Assembly: GCF_000485595.1 (NCBI RefSeq)
Contig: NW_014577075.1
Location: 953,021-992,069 of the forward strand
Origin: Priapulus caudatus
Lineage: Eukaryota
Direction of reading: 5' to 3'
DNA length: 39,049 nt
Made by a program: the position numbers and the translations under genes. Each line of letters begins with the position of its first letter. Positions within the stretch are counted from its first letter, which is position 1. The notes beneath the pieces were generated by a model. The model worked only from the letters and a program-made list of their open reading frames with translations. It ran no database searches and was not told where the DNA came from. Of the stretch, positions 33,301-39,049 are shown piece by piece.

Positions 33301-36300
33301 ATTTATTCCAAATACGCAAGTATTTTTTGATCTGGCCATTTGATGAGTCCATTATTTAACGGTCATTTTCATAGATGGAGTTGTGTATAACAGTTCAATT
33401 GTTTCTAGTTCAAAGGTTTTACGTAATAAATGTGCAGTTTTTATACATTTTAGGCACACAATAGCTTGCAATCATGCAGAACATTACTTTTATTTAACAG
33501 TTTGCTCTATAGCATTTTCACTTTAGAAACTACCAACAATATCATAATTTTGTACAATATTAGTTATTTTATTTGCTCATTAAAAAGTTATCTAATAGTA
33601 TGAACTGAACTTGATAAACTTTCATGGAACAGTCAGTGCATGTGGCACAATGGTGCTCCTGACACACGTGATGGTGTGAGACATGACACCAGCCAGTCCT
33701 GTACGCAAAATTTTTTTCCCCACTTGAGTTCCGGACCACAGCCAATCAGCGCACTCCATTCACTCGACTTCCTCGAAGCAACAATGTAAAATGAATACCC
33801 TCTATCCCTAACCCTAACACGTACACGAACCCTAACACTAACTATAATCCAACCATATATATAAGAACCATTTATTACAAAACACTATCTATGGTGGGTC
33901 CGGAACTCAAGTGGGAAAAAAAATTTCACGTCCTGTACAGGGATAGGTATATCTGACACATGGATACTTACGCTCAGTACGAGACTGCTATGCTCGACCG
34001 TGAAAGCAAGCTTCGCTGGAACGACGTCAAACACAATGTGCTCGCCCCTGTAGTATGGCAGCAGCGTGTAGGAGCCAGGTTGAAGCGTTGGGAACACAAA
34101 CCTGCCGTCGTCGCCCGAGGTGACAAAGCACAGGTAATGGCTGGCAACACCTGACATGTCATACTCATGCACTGGCGATTTGTCACATCCCTGTACCTCC
34201 TGCTGTCAGACAATCAACATGAGACTATAGTAAGGCTTAGCGAGGTCATGTGCCATGATAAAAGCTCTACGATTTCCCATAGACACGTCAATCTATTACA
34301 CGCAAGATGCCTTTTACTATAGCTGAACTGGAAGGAGCACGCTTCCTGAGTTATAAATATATATCATCAATTCATGAATCTTCTGAATGTATTATTCATC
34401 TAAGTTGCACTACTTGTATACAACAGAGTATGTTTAGCATAATCCCCAGGTTTTTACATATCTTAACAGTCTCTGATTTTTATCCAATTACCCTGAATTC
34501 TAGGTGGGAATTGCCTCTGTGTCTATGTAAATGATAGCAATGAATACACAGCAGATATACAGGAATTGGTAACAATATTGAAGCCGCAATATGCGCATCC
34601 AAACGCTAATTTCTCCAGTACTAGACGAGCAAATACTTCGTGTCATGCATAATCATACTACCTTATGACAAAATAAACTCTGGTTCCTCCCATTTCACTG
34701 CGCGTTGTCTTATAAAAGGTATTTGAAAATACCTCCAATGTTGTTGAAATTCTCCGATGTTGTTGACACGTTCGTGTTGCTCTGCCACGCAACCGTACAG
34801 CAAATGCAACCCGTAGCAACATGTGACGTCACCTAACCAATTCGGAGCTAAATTGTTTGGCAAACAATTCGGCGTTGGCGCCAGATTGCCAGATTTCGCA
34901 CCTCTTTCTTGTGGGTTTTAAGCAAACGCGCAGTGAAATGGAAGGAACTAGAGTTTATTTTGTCATAAGGTAGTGTGATAATGCATGACACGAAGTATTT
35001 GCTAGTCTAGTACTAGAGAAATTAGCGTTTAGATGCGCATATTGCGGCCATAAGGCAGTGGTAAACTGCAGCACTTTCTACATTGCATAGGAAATCAAAA
35101 GAATGATGTCTGGTAACATCAGTGTGAAGAATTCATAGCAGGCTGATTTCAAAAGTTTAGTATAAGAAAAAACATAGTCCACGACCTCCACATAACAGCT
35201 CTGCAAATAGCCTACTACAGGCATTTTTTTATCAAGCACCAAAATTCGATACCACAACCATAATGATATATAGACTATACGTAGTACATCATACATCTAA
35301 AACTGATCAGATACTCGAAATGCATATGAATTAGGAGTAAACGATCTACGAGGTCACAGATCTTGATCTATTAAGTTTAGTAGCTCATTCACCCCTGATA
35401 TGGATAAATATATGAATAGATGGAAGCTATAGAAGAAATTGCTAGCTTATTTAATTGACAATATCCTAAACATGAATGAATTTTTCTAGGCATGCACATT
35501 TTATACACACGAATTCAGAAATATTTATCTTTCACCCTACCTTACTCGATATGACATCAGAGAACAAAAGAAATGTGACAGATCTGATAGGTTCACCATC
35601 ACTCGTCACTTGCCCCTGTATTCAAACAAGCAATTTCAATATGATAATGGAAACAATATGATTGCATTCCAAGCATTGTGCACCCACACTGTTGTTTATC
35701 ATTCCATACAGAATAGTGATGTCTATATATATAAAGTTGTTCAGCCGAATTAGTCCGTACTCGCATAACTAGAGAACTCCGCAGCCTAGAGGAAAATCTA
35801 TATATATAAAGTTGTTCAGCCGAATTAGTCCGTACTCGCATAACTAGAGAACTCCGCAGCCTAGAAGAAAACTAAAGATATTTTCAGAATCAGCACATCT
35901 GGGAGGTGGTTCTGGCTGAAACAAAATTTTAAAAGTTAAAAAGTTAAAAATTGATAAAAATTCCATCTGAAATCCATGAAATCCATGAAATCCATTCTGT
36001 ATACCCTTTGCGGCACAGTGGCCTAACCGCTAGAACATCCGTCTCCTACACTGGGATTCCGAATTCGAGTCCCGGCTGGGAAACTTATTTTCCCTTTACC
36101 TACCTCTTTAGTATGTATTATATTATATTTTTTATTTTTATTTTTAATTTTTAATGTCTTTTATCTTTTGATTTCTTATTATTTTGTTAGTGTTTGGGAT
36201 GGGATGGGATGGGATGGCATGCGATGGCATGGGATGGGATGGCATGGGATGGGATGGCATGACATGGCATGGGATGGCATGGGATATGGGATGGGATGGG

Positions 36301-38677
36301 ATGGGATGTGGTGCGATGGGATGGGATGGGATGGAATGGGATGGATGAATAGATGCATGCATAGATAGATAGTTAGATTTTTTGGGCATTTTCCTTTCAA
36401 CCAAGCGGTCACCAACCGAGTAACGCCACTGATTTCCCCGGGCAACGCCGGGTATCCCGCTAGTTTCATCATAATCTGGCTCATAAATAATATAAAAAAT
36501 TGATCAGTAATAAAAATATATACAAATTTTAATGATTTTAGCACTGACTATATTTAGAAGTGATGTATTAAAAAAAAAGTAAAATGATAATATTATATAT
36601 GATGATATATGAATAAGATAAACATACAGTTAGGGCCTCTCTAATAATAACCCATATTCCCAATCAAGCAGCTAAACCATTATAAAATTTCATACCATAA
36701 TATCATAACCTGACACCATAAGTCCAGAAATGTTTCCATTGTCTTTCGATATTGTTACAGAAACTGCATCCTGCAAATAACAAGTTGCAAGTTACATAAT
36801 GATACATACAATCGCAATTTATAATGCTTTCATTTCTAGATACCAAATGTTTGAACCTGTGCCTGTACAGTACAACAACATTCAACCAGATATTCCTTCT
36901 CCACTCCCTTTCTTTACCTTCTCAAATTTCCACTTAGGATGTGTAGCAGTTACTGTATAAGTACCAGGTAGAACTTTTGAAAATTCAAAGCTGAAAAAAT
37001 GACAAAGAGTTATTAATTGTTAAGATATTTTATGTCCTTGTACTTTTATATAGATTGGTGGAGATTACAAAACTTGTAATACATGATTCAGCACACTTTA
37101 TACAAGTGGCAATAGTGTATATTCACTGGATTCAAATATTATATCTGTTGTATCTGCTAAAATATGGTGACACCTTGAAATCTCATTCAAAAACTTAATG
37201 AGTTCCTGTTTCATTGTCCTGATTTCATTCAAATGGCTAATAAATATTTACCTGCCACCTTTATTAGATGTAATCACTTGCAACACACTAGTTGAGCCCT
37301 TGCTTCGTAAAGACACAGTTACACCGGCTGGGCCTACACTCTGCCCTTTACTGGTCACCTGCAGCAGAAATAACAGTATTATGTTTTTAAGTTTGGGGGC
37401 TTGGAAGGAAATTTATCTTAATTACATGCTAGTCATATAGACTGCTACATATTATTACCTGGTTGTTTGCGAGAATAGTTTTGTTAGTTATATGTTGTAG
37501 TGTAAACTTACTTGTACTAAGTCACACTGAGTATGTTTTCAAAGTGCACAGATGGTTTCTGTTACTTCTATCACGATAGTGTTGGCGTTATCATTTAGTA
37601 AATGGGGCTTTATGAATCAGGACTTCATATCTAGGAACCACTTGTTAATCAGTGCATACTGCATAGCAGTAAAATGAACACGACAATGAATATGACAATA
37701 GTTTTCGTAGTGATTTAGCATATAAATATGGAATTTTTTGTAGCGCATGTAGAGTTTTTGGTAGATACTTGGGAAACATACATAGAATAGGACATTATTG
37801 GGGTTCGCCATGAAGGTCTTGTGTAGGCCTCATCAGCCTAGGATGCGTGGTTGGAGTTTGAGTCAGGATTGGCTAGTAAAGACCTCACTGGCATAGGATG
37901 AGATGTTTTTAACCTATTACGAAGTTGATTTCTGATTATCGGAGCAGGTGCATGACTACGGTTGTGTGCTTGCACGTATTGTTTAGATTTTACATCAATG
38001 TTAATATCTTGATATGCATTTTTACTCAAATTCATTCATACCTGCCCTAATATGGAGAAACCTTTAAACTGGAAGTTGATGTCTTCCCCACGACTGCACT
38101 TATCTGTCGTCCCATCTACAACCAGGTCTACACCATCAGGCTCTAAAACAGAAAGAAGCATAAACCCAATACAGTTTAGGAGCAGTAGCACGTTTAATAA
38201 TCTATAAGGGTGACAAGTGTCTAAACGATAAGGAAACTAAAAAAAGAAACATTCCCAAAAAGCTCCTCACCACAAAACATGAATTTTCATTAGCATCTTA
38301 TGATCTTTCATAATCATTCTGGTTGGTTAATTCAGAGATTTCTTATTTCCTAGATTGGAAATATAGATCCACTAAACATTGTTTCAATTATTCTTACCAT
38401 TTTTAGGAATGCATGAAGTAGCACATGTATTATTATATAGAACTAGACCATATATATGTGATTTACTAGTAGTAATTTCTGTACATAAATTTATGACATC
38501 ATACGTATAATTATGTCCACTAGCATAGTATACATGATTACCAAAATTCCAGCCTGCAGGTGGTTCAATCCTCAGACTATATTCACCCTTGTCATATAAA
38601 GGAACCATGTAATATCCATTGTTCGGTGCACAGTCAGTCTGGTATTTCAACGTGCCTTGTCGTGTATACAACTTTAT
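21332..38677 (-). CDS. NOMO1: Nodal modulator (NOMO) ER type-I membrane protein, 5'-partial (~1125 aa in window)
   Basis: 25 phase-consistent GT-AG exons: 38677-38542 (IKLYTRQGTLKYQTDCAPNNGYYMVPLYDKG..PPAGWNF), 38142-38042, 37358-37252, 36990-36918, 36770-36696, 35615-35541, 34202-33972, 33207-33151, 32942-32829, 32601-32516, 32204-32030, 31844-31703, 31510-31379, 31162-31026, 30630-30552, 30288-30045, 28160-27921, 24805-24593, 23901-23746 (LSPGQYFLRPVMKEYSFEP), 23422-23281, 22878-22678, 22426-22325, 22062-21943, 21715-21620 (TM: YMALLVTIMLCVVGF), 21475-21332 (basic tail KRKIRKA, stop). Total 3378 nt. The signal-peptide exon is not in the window. Likely co-ortholog of NOMO1/2/3. Confidence 0.96.
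24862..26022. mobile_element. Helentron-associated non-autonomous element (HINE/DINE-1-like architecture)
   Basis: Starts AACAAG in an A-run; subTIR GCTCACCTGA (24885-24894); (GACG/GCAC)n microsatellite at 25937-25977; terminal hairpin CATCTGAC-TAT-GTCAGATG (25998-26016) overlapping the matching subTIR TCAGATGAGC, then an A-run; no TSD. Confidence 0.7.
26202..27241 (+). mobile_element. PIF/Harbinger-like non-autonomous deletion derivative
   Basis: TIR TGGCCCTGTCACAC / GTGTGACAGGGCCA; flanks TTA/TTC; many subterminal CGTATGCC/ATACGT motifs; internal short ORF 26814-27020 ending in an Arg cluster; 31-bp tandem duplication at ~27117-27187. Confidence 0.8.
28813..29605. mobile_element. 793-bp foldback element with 268-bp TIRs and 7-bp TSD
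   Basis: 28813-29080 is the reverse complement of 29338-29605 with ~4 mismatches by eye. Termini CAGG..CCTG; ATAGGTT at 28806-28812 and 29606-29612. Confidence 0.95.
29651..29925. mobile_element. MITE with ~40-bp TIRs, (CCCTAA)n core, duplicated left end and 8-bp TSD
   Basis: CAAGGATAGAGAACATGGGTCCCAATAAAAC at 29651 and again at 29729 (78-bp duplication); reverse complement at ~29884-29925; flanks AAAACGTC / AAAACGGC. Confidence 0.85.
33705..33929. mobile_element. MULE-like MITE with ~35-bp TIRs, 9-bp TSD and CCCTAA motifs
   Basis: AAATTTTTTTCCCCACTTGAGTTCCGGACC / GGTCCGGAACTCAAGTGGGAAAAAAAATTT; GTCCTGTAC at 33696-33704 and 33930-33938; G..C termini. Confidence 0.85.
34582..35049. mobile_element. 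MITE with 125-bp TIRs, Kolobok-like (degenerate TTAA flanks)
   Basis: 34582-34706 is an imperfect reverse complement of 34925-35049. Flanks TTGA and ATAA are each one change from TTAA. Confidence 0.85.
36010..36083 (+). pseudogene. Degenerate tRNA-derived segment (SINE-head-like) inside the Helitron
   Basis: A-box-like AGTGGCCTAACCG and B-box-like GAATTCGAGTCCC at tRNA-like spacing; no convincing acceptor stem. Confidence 0.5.
36196..36345. repeat. (ATGGG/ATGGC)n pentanucleotide microsatellite
   Basis: About 30 pentamer units. Confidence 0.95.
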
Positions 38678-38783
38678 CTATAAAAATTAAAGCCTCTTCT
38701 CCGTTTATATTTTAATAAAAAAATCGACGACACACTTGTTATGTGATGTATGGATGCTTGCATGGAGCTTTAGTATAGCTCAT

Positions 38784-39043
38784 AGGGTCTATGTCCCCCA
38801 GGGTACTGCCAAAACGTACCCTGGGTACGGTCCGGTATACCAGAACTTACCCTGGTAACTATCTGATATGGTTAGGGTTAGGGTTAGGATTAGGGTTAAG
38901 GAGTAGGCGTAGGCGACTCCCTAGACTCGTTAGTGGAGTAGGCGAGGTACGGTCCGGCATATTAGATAGTACCAGGGTACATTCCGGTATACCGGACCGT
39001 AACCAGGGTACGTTCCGGCAGTACCCTGGGGGACATAGACCCT
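38784..39043. mobile_element. MITE with ~80-bp TIRs and (TTAGGG)n core
   Basis: AGGGTCTATGTCCCCCAGGGTACTGCC..CCTGGTAACTATCT pairs with AGATAGTACCAGG..GGCAGTACCCTGGGGGACATAGACCCT; telomere-type tract at 38870-38901; second partial copy at 12935-13181. Confidence 0.9.
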
Positions 39044-39049
39044 CTCAGC

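Larger units (their letters stand above)
35722..36463 (+). mobile_element. Non-autonomous Helitron with tandemly duplicated 5' end
   Basis: 5' TCTATATATATAAAG at 35722 and 35797 (75-bp duplication; second copy follows A). 3' hairpin CCCGG-GCAACG-CCGGG, then CTAG (36460-36463) followed by T. Internal (ATGGG)n tract. Confidence 0.85.

Noticed and set aside
36010..36083. Functional tRNA gene
   Set aside because: The boxes are degenerate and there is no clear cloverleaf; kept only as a tRNA-derived remnant.
36144..36544. His/Pro-rich and Gly/Trp/Met-rich ORFs
   Set aside because: These are translations of the (ATGGG)n microsatellite.
38870..38901. True telomere or chromosome end
   Set aside because: A short imperfect tract enclosed by TIRs within a NOMO intron.

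Overview
This is eukaryotic (invertebrate-type) genomic DNA with three spliced genes, reconstructed by hand from GT-AG sites and reading-frame phase. (1) A secreted astacin-family (M12A) zinc metalloprotease on the minus strand (~4381-10195, ~12 exons, ~540 aa): signal peptide, long basic prodomain, HExxHxxGxxH and SIMHY catalytic domain, EGF module, tentative divergent CUB-like tail. (2) A complete PAF-acetylhydrolase IB catalytic subunit (PAFAH1B2/3-like) on the plus strand (12760-18215, 6 exons, 223 aa). (3) A nodal modulator (NOMO) on the minus strand (21332-38677, 25 exons, ~1125 aa; first exon outside the window). The first 4 kb is a 36-bp tandem array with a 25-N gap and read-error-like degeneracy. 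The introns are packed with small non-autonomous DNA transposons: hAT-, Tc1/mariner-, Harbinger-, Kolobok- and MULE-like MITEs, a 793-bp foldback element, a Helitron and a Helentron-type element, several of them nested. The most unusual pattern is four MITEs with unrelated terminal inverted repeats that each carry a telomere-type (TTAGGG/CCCTAA)n tract in the central spacer. No CRISPR array, rRNA or intact tRNA was seen. Superfamily assignments rest on terminus and target-site-duplication (TSD) patterns only.
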